Shown here in pieces: positions 1 to 8,592 of a stretch of 64,000 nucleotides of DNA. How positions within the stretch are numbered: position 1 is the stretch's first letter; each line of letters starts with the position of its first letter. Made by a program: the position numbers and the translations under genes. Source of the stretch: Accumulibacter sp. (GTDB lineage: Bacteria; Pseudomonadota; Gammaproteobacteria; Burkholderiales; Rhodocyclaceae). The notes below the pieces were generated by a model. The model worked only from the letters and a program-made list of their open reading frames with translations. It searched no databases and was not told the DNA's origin. The DNA is taken from the NCBI GenBank assembly GCA_020049495.1, contig JAIFKU010000082.1, positions 10,487 to 74,486 of the forward strand, in the 5' to 3' direction.

Positions 1-70
1 GGACGGCTTCGCCTTACCTTCGGGGCGTTTTCGCCGGAATGACGGATTTGGAATACTTCAGCGTTTCCCT
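1..70. repeat. Truncated copy (window edge) of a palindromic MITE/REP-like element
   Basis: ccttcggggcgttttcgccggaatgac is the near reverse complement of gtcacaccggcgaaagcgccccgaagg at 18082. It ends in aatacttcagcgtttccct next to CTAG, the msrA stop. Confidence 0.6.
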
Positions 71-584
71 AGGTTGGTGGCTTGTCGGCGCGAATCGGTA
101 GCCGCCAGTGGGGCCGGACGAAATGGCAGGTATAGCCGTCAGGAAATCGTTCGAGGTAATCCTGATGCTCGGGTTCGGCCTCCCAGAAATCGCTGGCGGC
201 AAGGACTTCGGTAGTGACCCTGCCGGGCCACAGGCCTGAAGCATCGACGTCGGCGATCGTGTCTTCGGCAATCCGTCTCTGCTCTTCGCTGGTATAGAAA
301 ATCGCAGATCGATAGCTGGTCCCGACGTCGTTGCCCTGGCGATTGCGCGTGCTGGGGTCATGAATCTGGAAGAAGAACTCGAGGACCTGCCGATAGCTGA
401 CGCGGGCAGGATCAAAGAGAATCTCGACGGCTTCGGCATGGGTACCATGATTGCGATAGGTCGCGTGTGACACGCTGCCGCCCGTATAGCCGACCCGCGT
501 CGACAGGACACCTGCGCAGTGGCGAATAAGCTCCTGCACGCCCCAGAAGCAACCCCCGGCAAGAACGGCGCGTTCCTCGGTCAT
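69..584 (-). CDS. msrA: Peptide-methionine (S)-S-oxide reductase
   Basis: GGCFWG catalytic motif, [19 protein letters not shown]. Confidence 0.96.
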   Translation of the reverse strand: MTEERAVLAGGCFWGVQELIRHCAGVLSTRVGYTGGSVSHATYRNHGTHAEAVEILFDPARVSYRQVLEFFFQIHDPSTRNRQGNDVGTSYRSAIFYTSEEQRRIAEDTIADVDASGLWPGRVTTEVLAASDFWEAEPEHQDYLERFPDGYTCHFVRPHWRLPIRADKPPT

Positions 585-1030
585 TGGACTTCCTCCACCT
601 GCTTCAAATAATCCGCATAACCCTCAGCTTCCATATTGTCGCGATGGACAAAGCGCAGCGCAGCGGAGTTGATGCAATAGCGCAATCCGCCACGGTCCTT
701 CGGACCATCGGTAAACACGTGGCCTAGATGGCTGTCCGCATGCGCCGAGCGCACCTCGGTGCGGATCATGCCGTGCGTGCTGTCTCGCAGTTCGTTGACA
801 TTGGCAGGTTCAACGGGCTGGGTGAAACTGGGCCAACCGCATCCCGATTCAAATTTGTCGGTCGAGGCGAACAGCGGCTCGCCCGAAACAATATCGACAT
901 AGATACCCGGTTCCTGGGTATCCAGATATTCTCCGCTGCCGGGACGTTCAGTACCGTTTTGCTGCGTGACGCGATACTGCTCCGGCGATAGCCTCAGAAT
1001 GGCCTCGTGGTTCTTGCTGAACTTCGGCAT
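581..1030 (-). CDS. msrB: Peptide-methionine (R)-S-oxide reductase
   Basis: [23 protein letters not shown]. Start moved to ATG 1030 (GGAG RBS upstream); 4-bp overlap with msrA. Confidence 0.95.
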   Translation of the reverse strand: MPKFSKNHEAILRLSPEQYRVTQQNGTERPGSGEYLDTQEPGIYVDIVSGEPLFASTDKFESGCGWPSFTQPVEPANVNELRDSTHGMIRTEVRSAHADSHLGHVFTDGPKDRGGLRYCINSAALRFVHRDNMEAEGYADYLKQVEEVQ

Positions 1031-1264
1031 TCGATTCTCCTTGTGCCTGACGGATACGGAATGAATGTTGAACCCGCTGGCCACGGTGGACGCTGATGAC
1101 AACTCTGCGGGTACAAGCAATGCTGGCATTCGTGACAGGCATGATGCCGTTAGTGCCGCCGCCCGCGATACATCAATGCGTGGACAATACCTGTCTTTCG
1201 GTAGACGCCATCCGTGCGTGAATGTTCCTTACCCTGAAGCACAATCGTTTTAAACCCGAAGAGT

Positions 1265-1609
1265 TCAGAACGTCCCGCCGTTCCATCCCCACATGGCGCC
1301 CTTTGCATCGGCGAATTCAATATAGATACGGTCGGCGGGAACACCGAGCTTCGTCTTCATGAGTTCACACAGCGCTTTGGACAGGGCCGTCGTGCTTCCT
1401 TGAAAGAGGCCGACACTTTTCATCTCCAGATAGGCCAGCGGCGATGTATCGCCAGCGAAAGCCATGGTCGCTTCGGTCTCCAGCGTCACCATGACGTAGC
1501 GCTCCGGCTTTCCGAGCAACGCGGCGACCGCACGCGAGGCCTCGGCGACAAGCGATTTTCCAACATCGGCAACCAGTACCACATTGGTTTGTATCTTCAG
1601 TAAAGGCAT
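1265..1609 (-). CDS. MIF/phenylpyruvate tautomerase family protein
   Basis: N-terminal Pro (MPLLKIQTN), GKPERYVMV, C-terminal WGWNGGTF, 114 aa. Confidence 0.88.
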   Translation of the reverse strand: MPLLKIQTNVVLVADVGKSLVAEASRAVAALLGKPERYVMVTLETEATMAFAGDTSPLAYLEMKSVGLFQGSTTALSKALCELMKTKLGVPADRIYIEFADAKGAMWGWNGGTF

Positions 1610-1736
1610 AGGGATTCTCCAGTTTGCACAGCGGCAGTTACTGATGGGATTTCCAGCGTTACGCTCAAGTATCGTGGACCTCTACGCCCCGGTCAATGGC
1701 CGCGGCCAAGGAGGAAAATGCCGATCCCCCGCCTGG

Positions 1737-2357
1737 CTAGCGACCGACAAAGCTACTTGCCGCGTCCTGATAGCTGCTGATGGCGCCGATCCGACTGATC
1801 GGCAAGACTGCCCCGGGAATTTCAGCCGGGATTGCCCCCGTACGAGTACGTGCCATGGGCACGATGAAATCGGATAGGTGCGACGATGCGATGAGGGCTG
1901 AATACGCCGGATTAAAGATAACATCGCGCAGTGCCGAATCTGCCATCAAGACCTGTAGGGCATGCGTTGCGTCAGCCGCGGCCAGATCGGCGGATAGCCT
2001 GTCGACGGTCGCTGCCGCAGGCTGCTGGAGCGGGCTCTGGTTGGCAGAGGTCGTTGTCGTCGCGATGGCCGCTGGTATTTCAGTCGCTGCGACGTCAGGC
2101 GTTGCCGGTGTGTTGGCAGCTACAGGCGTGGCGCTAACGACAACAGGCGTCACGTCAGTCATGATGATTGTATTGTCAAGGGTAGCGCCAGCCGCCAACA
2201 CCTGCCCCCGCAGCGACAATTGAACAATGTCTGACGTGCTGTCCAGTGGCGAGGTACTGTTCGCCGATGTTGCAGATAGCAAGGACTGAAACATCGTCTG
2301 ATGGTTACTGGCGAGCCCATTCAGGTCAATGGCTTGTATGGCGATGGAGTTGCTCAT
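1737..2357 (-). CDS. Hypothetical Ala/Thr/Ser-rich protein
   Basis: Long ORF filling the gap; probable ATG at 2357; no recognised family. Confidence 0.5.
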   Translation of the reverse strand: MSNSIAIQAIDLNGLASNHQTMFQSLLSATSANSTSPLDSTSDIVQLSLRGQVLAAGATLDNTIIMTDVTPVVVSATPVAANTPATPDVAATEIPAAIATTTTSANQSPLQQPAAATVDRLSADLAAADATHALQVLMADSALRDVIFNPAYSALIASSHLSDFIVPMARTRTGAIPAEIPGAVLPISRIGAISSYQDAASSFVGR

Positions 2358-2489
2358 GATTTGAGTCTGGGGTCTGTTTCCTGTAACGGCTTTATTGGAC
2401 GGATGTGTCTCAAGTGTCTGTCCTGCACAGTAAGTCAGGAACACTCAGAAGATAGCATCGCTTCAGACTCTGCTTTTGCAGACAGGCCG

Positions 2490-2507
2490 TCTGTGCGGCG
2501 GGTCACA
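2490..2507 (-). promoter_or_regulatory. Putative Crp/Fnr-like operator (shared motif)
   Basis: Minus strand TGTGACCCGCCGCACAGA resembles the sites at 8282 and 8527. Confidence 0.4.
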
Positions 2508-2516
2508 TAAGTGAAT

Positions 2517-2558
2517 CGGGTGCTTTCGCCGTGGTGACCAATACTTCAGCATTTCCCT
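2517..2558. repeat. Degenerate half copy of the MITE-like element
   Basis: cgggtgctttcgccgtggtgac...aatacttcagcatttccct aligns with positions 21-70 and also abuts a CTAG stop. Confidence 0.55.
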
Positions 2559-3423
2559 AGGCGTCGTCGCCCAGTCGCTCATATTCGGAAATGACCTGGG
2601 CTCCAAGCAAGAGCAGGGTGGCGATGATTTCCATGCTGAACAGCGCGAGTACGGCCGTCGTCAGCGATCCATAGACGACGCTGGCATTCGACAACGTGGT
2701 GAAATACCAGACCAGCAGGTGGCGGATGACCTCCCACAGCGAAGCGGTAAAGAATCCGCCGATCAGGGCATGCTGCCAGGCTGTCCGTCCGACGGGAACG
2801 AAGTAATAGATCGCCGAAAGAATGACGGTTTCTGCACTCAGGCCAAGAAGGTAAAGCAGCACCCTCGAAAGACCGCCGAGAGACCAGTGCCACGCCATGA
2901 ATCCAACGCTCATCAGGCCGATCGCTTCCAGGCTGATTGAAACCAGGGTCACGACCAGCAGACCGGTCGCCAAGAAAAAGACCAGACAATAGGGGAGCAA
3001 TGCAGAAATCAGGTAGTGGCGTTTTCTGACAGCGCCGCGGTGAGAAAAAATGATCGACATCGATTTTTCGAGGACCGAGAAGGCGAGCGAACTGAAAAAC
3101 ACCAGGGTTAAAAATAAAACCACGCCGATGACGGCCTTGTTGAGCAGGAAAAGGTTCAGGTCGACCAGCAATGCGGCGGACTGACTCGGAACCAGCCACT
3201 CCAGATAACGCCCCAAGGTATCGAGCAACTCGCCCCGATCCACCAGGTGCGAGAGAGCGATCACCGTCAGAATAAGGAAGGGCACGATCGACAGCAGCGC
3301 GTAATACGCGATGGCGCCGGCCAGCAGAATCCCCTGATTGTCATGAAAGCCTTTCAGGGTCTGCAACACAAAGGCTGCGGGATGCTTCAGAACCAGAAGG
3401 GCGGGTTTGCTCAGTTGTCCCAT
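2557..3423 (-). CDS. YihY/BrkB family inner-membrane protein
   Basis: [14 protein letters not shown] and VYGSL motifs; multiple TM helices. Confidence 0.9.
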   Translation of the reverse strand: MGQLSKPALLVLKHPAAFVLQTLKGFHDNQGILLAGAIAYYALLSIVPFLILTVIALSHLVDRGELLDTLGRYLEWLVPSQSAALLVDLNLFLLNKAVIGVVLFLTLVFFSSLAFSVLEKSMSIIFSHRGAVRKRHYLISALLPYCLVFFLATGLLVVTLVSISLEAIGLMSVGFMAWHWSLGGLSRVLLYLLGLSAETVILSAIYYFVPVGRTAWQHALIGGFFTASLWEVIRHLLVWYFTTLSNASVVYGSLTTAVLALFSMEIIATLLLLGAQVISEYERLGDDA

Positions 3424-5774
3424 TTCCAGTTGCGGATCTCCGGCATGTCCTGACCGTGTTGGTTGATGTACTGCCTATGGGCAATGAGCTTGTCCCTGAG
3501 CAGAAGTTTCAGCGAGACGCCCTGATTGCCGGTCTGCGGCAGGCGGTCGATGCTGTCCATCACCAGGTGGAAGCGGTCCAGATCGTTCAGAACCGTCATG
3601 TCGAAGGCCGTGGTGATGGTGCCTTCTTCCTTGTAGCCGCGAACATGGATGTTGTCGTGGTTGGTGCGGCGGTAGGTCAACCGGTGGATCAGCGACGGGT
3701 AGGCATGGAAGGCGAAGATGACCGGCTTGTCCTTGGTGAAGAGTGCGTCGAAAGCCGCGTCGCTCAAACCGTGCGGGTGCTCGCTGTGCGGTTGCAGCTT
3801 CATCAAGTCCACGACATTGACGACGCGAACTTTTAAGCCCGGTAGATGCTCGCGCAGGATGGAGACGGCAGCGAGCGTTTCCAGCGTGGGCACGTCGCCA
3901 CAGCAGGCCATGACCACATCGGGTTCGCTGTCGCCGTCGCTGCTGGCCCAATGCCAGATGCCGATGCCGGCGGTGCAGTGCTTGACGGCGGCATCCATCG
4001 TCAGCCATTGTGGTGCCTGGTATTTGCCGGCGATGACGACGTTGACATAGTGGCGGCTACGCAGACAATGATCCCAGACCGAGAGCAGACAGTTTGCATC
4101 TGGTGGTAAATAGACCCGCACGACGGAGGCTTTCTTGTTCACAACGTGATCGATGAATCCGGGGTCCTGATGAGTCAGACCGTTGTGCATTTGTTGCCAG
4201 ACATGGGAAGCCAGCAGGTAGTTCAGCGACGCGATCTTCCGCCGCCACGGAAGTCCCGCCGAGACCTTCAACCACTTGGCGTGCTGGTTGAACATCGAAT
4301 CCACAATATGGATGAAAGCTTCATAGCTGTTGAACAGCCCATGCCGTCCGGTGAGCAGATAGCCCTCGAGCCAGCCCTCGCACTGGTGTTCGCTTAGCAT
4401 CTCCATCACGCGACCGTCCAGGGCGAGGTATTCATCGTTGTCCTGCGTTCGCCCGTTCCACTGCCGATTGGTAAGCTCGAATATGGCGTCCAACCGGTCG
4501 GACAATGTCACGTCGGCACCAAAGATGCGGAAATTGCGCTGCGGCTCATTGAGTTTGATCACGTCGCGCAGGAACACGCCGAGTTCATGTGCGTCGGACG
4601 CGTGCACGGCGCCCGGGGAAGTAACGTTCACCGCGTAGTCACGAAAGTCCGGCATGATGAGGTCGCGCAGCAGCAGGCCCCCGTTGGCGTGGAGATTCGC
4701 CCCCATGCGACGTTCACCACTGGGCGCCAGTTCTGCCAGTTCGGGTATCAGGCGGCCCCGCTCGTCGAAGAGTTCCTCCGGCCGGTAGCTTTTCAGCCAG
4801 TCTTCCAGCAGCCCGAGGTGTTCGGGGTGGGTAGCCGGGTCTGAGAGAGGCACCTGGTGTGAACGGAAGCTGCCTTCGACCTGCTGGCCATCGACCACTT
4901 TCGGCCCCGTCCAGCCCTTGGGCGAATTGAGCACGATCATCGGCCAGCGCGGACGCATCGTGTTGCCGTTGACGCGGGCCTCGTGCTGGATGCGTTTTAT
5001 TTCGTCCACCACCGTATCGAGTGTCGCCGCCATGGCCTCATGCATCAGCACCGGTTCGTGCCCCTCGACAAAGTAGGGTGTCCAGCCGTAGCCCCTGAAC
5101 AACTGCTCCAGTTCTTCGCGGGGGATTCTGGCGAGTAGCGTCGGATTGGAAATCTTGTAGCCGTTGAGGTGCAGGATAGGCAGCACCGCACCGTCGGTAA
5201 TCGGGTCAAGAAACTTGTTCGAATGCCATGCAGTGGCCAGCGGTCCTGTTTCAGCCTCGCCATCGCCGACGACGCAGGCGACGACCAGATCGGGATTGTC
5301 GAACACTGCCCCGAACGAATGGCTGAGCGAATAGCCCAACTCGCCGCCCTCGTGGATCGAGCCGGGGCACTCTGGCGAGACGTGGCTTGGAATACCACCA
5401 GGGAATGAGAACTGTTTGAAAAGTTTTTGCAACCCAGCCTGATCCTGACTGATATCAGGATAGATCTCGCTATAAGTTCCCTCAAGGTAAGTGTTGCCAA
5501 CGAGGGCCGGGCCACCGTGCCCGGGGCCGGAGACGTAAATCATGTTGAGCTCGTATTTCTTGATGACCCGGTTCAGGTGCGTGTAGATGAAGTTCTGCCC
5601 GGGCGTCGTGCCCCAGTGCCCGAGCAGCATGTGCTTCACATCGGTGAGCGCCAGCGGCCGTTTGAGCAGGGGATTGTCGTACAGATAAATCTGGCCCACC
5701 GACAGATAGTTGGCGGCACGCCAGTAGGCATCGATGTGCAGGAGCTGGTCAGAAGACAGAGTGTTGGTTTTCAT
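3411..5774 (-). CDS. xfp: Phosphoketolase (XFP family, ThDP-dependent)
   Basis: [40 protein letters not shown]. Start moved to ATG 5774, downstream of tal. Confidence 0.93.
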   Translation of the reverse strand: MKTNTLSSDQLLHIDAYWRAANYLSVGQIYLYDNPLLKRPLALTDVKHMLLGHWGTTPGQNFIYTHLNRVIKKYELNMIYVSGPGHGGPALVGNTYLEGTYSEIYPDISQDQAGLQKLFKQFSFPGGIPSHVSPECPGSIHEGGELGYSLSHSFGAVFDNPDLVVACVVGDGEAETGPLATAWHSNKFLDPITDGAVLPILHLNGYKISNPTLLARIPREELEQLFRGYGWTPYFVEGHEPVLMHEAMAATLDTVVDEIKRIQHEARVNGNTMRPRWPMIVLNSPKGWTGPKVVDGQQVEGSFRSHQVPLSDPATHPEHLGLLEDWLKSYRPEELFDERGRLIPELAELAPSGERRMGANLHANGGLLLRDLIMPDFRDYAVNVTSPGAVHASDAHELGVFLRDVIKLNEPQRNFRIFGADVTLSDRLDAIFELTNRQWNGRTQDNDEYLALDGRVMEMLSEHQCEGWLEGYLLTGRHGLFNSYEAFIHIVDSMFNQHAKWLKVSAGLPWRRKIASLNYLLASHVWQQMHNGLTHQDPGFIDHVVNKKASVVRVYLPPDANCLLSVWDHCLRSRHYVNVVIAGKYQAPQWLTMDAAVKHCTAGIGIWHWASSDGDSEPDVVMACCGDVPTLETLAAVSILREHLPGLKVRVVNVVDLMKLQPHSEHPHGLSDAAFDALFTKDKPVIFAFHAYPSLIHRLTYRRTNHDNIHVRGYKEEGTITTAFDMTVLNDLDRFHLVMDSIDRLPQTGNQGVSLKLLLRDKLIAHRQYINQHGQDMPEIRNWKWDN

Positions 5775-5790
5775 GTCCGGGTTTGTCCAA

Positions 5791-6882
5791 TTAGGTCGCG
5801 ACCGGAGCGGCCAGGGCAGCACTCTTGTCGGCAATGCGTTGCAGCAGTTGCTGCCAGGACTTGACGAAGGATTGCGCGCCGTCCTGCTGTAACTGAAGCG
5901 CGAGGGCGTCGATATCAATATCCGCCTGGGCGAAACGTACCAAGAGGGCCTCCGCATCGCCGCCATCTTCGGCCATCGTGCCCTTGATCTTTCCATGCTC
6001 GTCAAAGGCCAGCAGGGTCTTCTCCGGGATGGTGTTGATGGTGTCAGGCGCGGCCAGCGCTTCGATGTACAGCGTATCCGCAGCGGCCGGATCCTTGCTG
6101 CCGGTGCTCGCCCAGAGCAGACGCTGCGGGCAGGCGCCGGCGGCGGCCAGTGTACGCCAGCGTGGCGTGGCGAGCAGTTGGCGATGGGCGCGGTAGGTGC
6201 GCTGACAGATCGCGATGCCGAGTTTGTTGCGGAGTGCCTCGGGAACCCTGTCCTTGACGGCCACATCCCAACGGCTGACGAATACAGAGGCCACCGAGTC
6301 GACGCACGGGTTGAGACCGGCGGCGAGGCGCCGTTCGATGCCGCGCATATAGGCTTCGGCAGCGGCGAGATACTGTTCGCGTGAGAACAGCAAGGTCACG
6401 TTGATCGGCACACCGGAGAAAATCAATTCCTCGATTGCCGGAATCCCGTTCGGCGTGCCCGGAATCTTCACGAACAGGTTCTCCCGGGCCGCCATATGAT
6501 GGATCTGGCGGGCCGCCCTGATGCTGCCCTCGGTATCGCCGGCCAGCAGCGGCGAGATCTCCATCGAGACCCAGCCGTCGCTGTGATTGCTGACGTCGAA
6601 CGTCGGGCGAAAGAGATCAGCGGCACGGCGAAGATCCTCCAGCGCCAGTTCGATGAACAGGGCTTCGCCGGATTTTCCGGCCCGTGCCTTGTCCAGAATA
6701 CCCTGGTCATAGGCCTTGCCACTGCCGATCGCCCCGTCGAAGATGGTCGGATTCGAGGTCAGACCGGTGATCGAAAAATCATCGATGTAGTGCGGCAGGG
6801 TTCCGTTGTCGAGCAGATCGCGGCTGATATTGTCCAGCCACAGGCGCTGGCCGAGATCGTGCAACTGGCGGGTCGGTTTCAT
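5791..6882 (-). CDS. tal: Transaldolase
   Basis: [21 protein letters not shown] (Schiff-base Lys), NVTLLFS, LWASTG. Confidence 0.93.
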   Translation of the reverse strand: MKPTRQLHDLGQRLWLDNISRDLLDNGTLPHYIDDFSITGLTSNPTIFDGAIGSGKAYDQGILDKARAGKSGEALFIELALEDLRRAADLFRPTFDVSNHSDGWVSMEISPLLAGDTEGSIRAARQIHHMAARENLFVKIPGTPNGIPAIEELIFSGVPINVTLLFSREQYLAAAEAYMRGIERRLAAGLNPCVDSVASVFVSRWDVAVKDRVPEALRNKLGIAICQRTYRAHRQLLATPRWRTLAAAGACPQRLLWASTGSKDPAAADTLYIEALAAPDTINTIPEKTLLAFDEHGKIKGTMAEDGGDAEALLVRFAQADIDIDALALQLQQDGAQSFVKSWQQLLQRIADKSAALAAPVAT

Positions 6883-6969
6883 GAGTCGTCCTCGGGAGAG
6901 TTTTTATCAACTGCAACAGCGCCACGGTGAAAGCCTCCGTATCGGGGAGACTTTGACCGTGCGCCAGGA

Positions 6970-7482
6970 TTACGCGCCTGAAAATTCGAGCAGCCGGTTG
7001 GAGTTTTCCAGCACGGTCTGGACTTTCATCAATTCCTCGCTGCTGCCATGCACCATCAGGACGTACTTGTCTACTTTCAGTGCGGTTTCGTACTTGATGA
7101 CCTGATTCTTGGGCACACCGATCTGGGTCAGTGCCGCGCCCAGGGCTGACAAACCGCCGACGACCACCGCGCCCTCAAGAGCGCCGACCAGCGCCGCGAC
7201 GACCGGACCGGCCATCGCCACAAGACCCAGCCCGGGCAGAAAGAATACGGCCGGGGCGATCAGCAGGCCCCAGATGCCACCCCAGAAGGCGCCCGTGCCA
7301 CCCCAGGTCTTGATCCGGTCACCCGTGGTATAGAAACCGAGCGGATGCTCTTCGGTGTGATACCCCTTGCCGATCAGCGACAGCTTTTTCACGTCGAAGC
7401 CGGATCGGCTCAGGGACTGGATGGCGTCTTCCGCTTCGACGTGCGTATTGAAAACATAAAAGGGTACATTGGCTTTTTCCAT
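6970..7482 (-). CDS. General-stress/DUF1269-like membrane protein
   Basis: Gly-rich GAFWGGIWG hairpin helices and KLSLIGK motif; start ATG 7482. Confidence 0.7.
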   Translation of the reverse strand: MEKANVPFYVFNTHVEAEDAIQSLSRSGFDVKKLSLIGKGYHTEEHPLGFYTTGDRIKTWGGTGAFWGGIWGLLIAPAVFFLPGLGLVAMAGPVVAALVGALEGAVVVGGLSALGAALTQIGVPKNQVIKYETALKVDKYVLMVHGSSEELMKVQTVLENSNRLLEFSGA

Positions 7483-7572
7483 GATTTTTCCTGAAAGAAT
7501 ATTGAATGATTCAAAATGATCCGGCGAGCGACGGCGAGCGCAATTCACCCGCGATCGATTCCCGAATCGGCA

Positions 7573-8226
7573 TCAGTTGTTTACGGTGATGTCGTCCACG
7601 ACGTTGCGTACGCCGGGGGCACCCCAGGCGCATTGCCAGGCCAGATCACGTTCGGACCAGGTGTTGACGGTCCCGGTCAGGGTTACATCGTTGCCGTGGA
7701 CCTTGACTGTAATCTCTGGCGCATCGGCAATGGCACGCCGTCTCAATGCAGCCTCGATGTCCGATTTGATGGCGCTCAGGGATACCTCCGGGCCAATCGT
7801 GATCTGGTCACTGACCCCGGTTACCCCCATCAGATAACGTACGGCGCCCGCCGCCGCCTGCTTCTGAAACTGCCAGTTCACGGTGCCGGACAAGGTGATC
7901 CAGCCATTTTCGACCATCACCATGACGGAATCTTTCGGCACAACGCTCATCCACTGCAACACGTTTTCTGCTGCCCGCGCGATGTCTGCATCGCTTCGTT
8001 TGCTCAGCCCAAACAGCCTGACGTCCATTTCAATGGCCAGAGCCTTTACACCCGATACACGCTGGGCTGCTCGCTCGGCATCCCACTTTTCGGCAAAGCT
8101 GCTCACGTGACCGGCCAGGGTCACGACACCGTCTTTGACCTCGACGCCGATATCAGCGGCATTGATCGAGGGTTCCCACTTCAGTTCGGCGAGAACGTCA
8201 TGCTGCACTTGTACATCGGTTTTCAT
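7573..8226 (-). CDS. BON domain protein (three BON repeats, OsmY-like)
   Basis: Three repeats of the V.V..G.VTL.G.V ... GV..V pattern. Confidence 0.9.
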   Translation of the reverse strand: MKTDVQVQHDVLAELKWEPSINAADIGVEVKDGVVTLAGHVSSFAEKWDAERAAQRVSGVKALAIEMDVRLFGLSKRSDADIARAAENVLQWMSVVPKDSVMVMVENGWITLSGTVNWQFQKQAAAGAVRYLMGVTGVSDQITIGPEVSLSAIKSDIEAALRRRAIADAPEITVKVHGNDVTLTGTVNTWSERDLAWQCAWGAPGVRNVVDDITVNN

Positions 8227-8281
8227 GTTTTTCTTTCCAATTGTTGGGGTAGACCAAATATGCGCGGAACAGGCAATCCAC

Positions 8282-8298
8282 TCTGTGCGCTGGCGCGC
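8282..8298 (-). promoter_or_regulatory. Putative operator upstream of the BON gene
   Basis: Minus strand GCGCGCCAGCGCACAGA, about 55 bp upstream of the ATG. Confidence 0.45.
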
Positions 8299-8301
8299 TT
8301 A

Positions 8302-8514
8302 GCCTCGCTGATCGTTGTGGCCATCGCCGTGTTGCTGCCCTTTTCCCTGATCGGAACGTATTTCGGCTTTGTGCCGCCACCGGTCAGGTTCTATTTCATC
8401 CACGGCGGCATGGTGCTGGTCTATCTCGTGGTCGTTGAACTGGCCAAGCAGGGCTTCTACCGATGGGCGGTGACCAAGAGTCCGCCGTCAACTTCCAGGC
8501 TGAACCCGCGGTGA
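8302..8514 (+). pseudogene. C-terminal relic of a Mg-type P-type ATPase (MgtA-like)
   Basis: SLIVVAIAVLLPFSLIGTYFGFVPPP...YLVVVELAKQGFYRW resembles the last two TM helices of MgtA-like ATPases; the rest of the gene is absent. Confidence 0.65.
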
Positions 8515-8526
8515 TTGGCCGGCTTG

Positions 8527-8544
8527 TGTGGGCCAGCGCACAGA
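8527..8544 (+). promoter_or_regulatory. Putative operator upstream of the PAS hybrid kinase
   Basis: TGTGGGCCAGCGCACAGA, about 48 bp upstream of ATG 8593. Confidence 0.45.
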
Positions 8545-8592
8545 CGACCTGCCCCTTTCTTGAGAACATCCAGATTATTTTTGGAATACGCC

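Noticed and set aside
2384-2412. Possible sigma28 promoter (GCCGTTAC) upstream of the orphan gene
   Set aside because: No TAAA-like -35 element at the proper spacing.
5775-6266. 164-aa N-terminal extension of the phosphoketolase ORF
   Set aside because: Overlaps tal in another frame; XFP similarity starts at ATG 5774.
7516-8300. 332-aa plus-strand ORF 7516-8514 as a real gene
   Set aside because: Most of it is antisense to the BON gene; only the last 70 or so codons resemble a protein (the ATPase relic).
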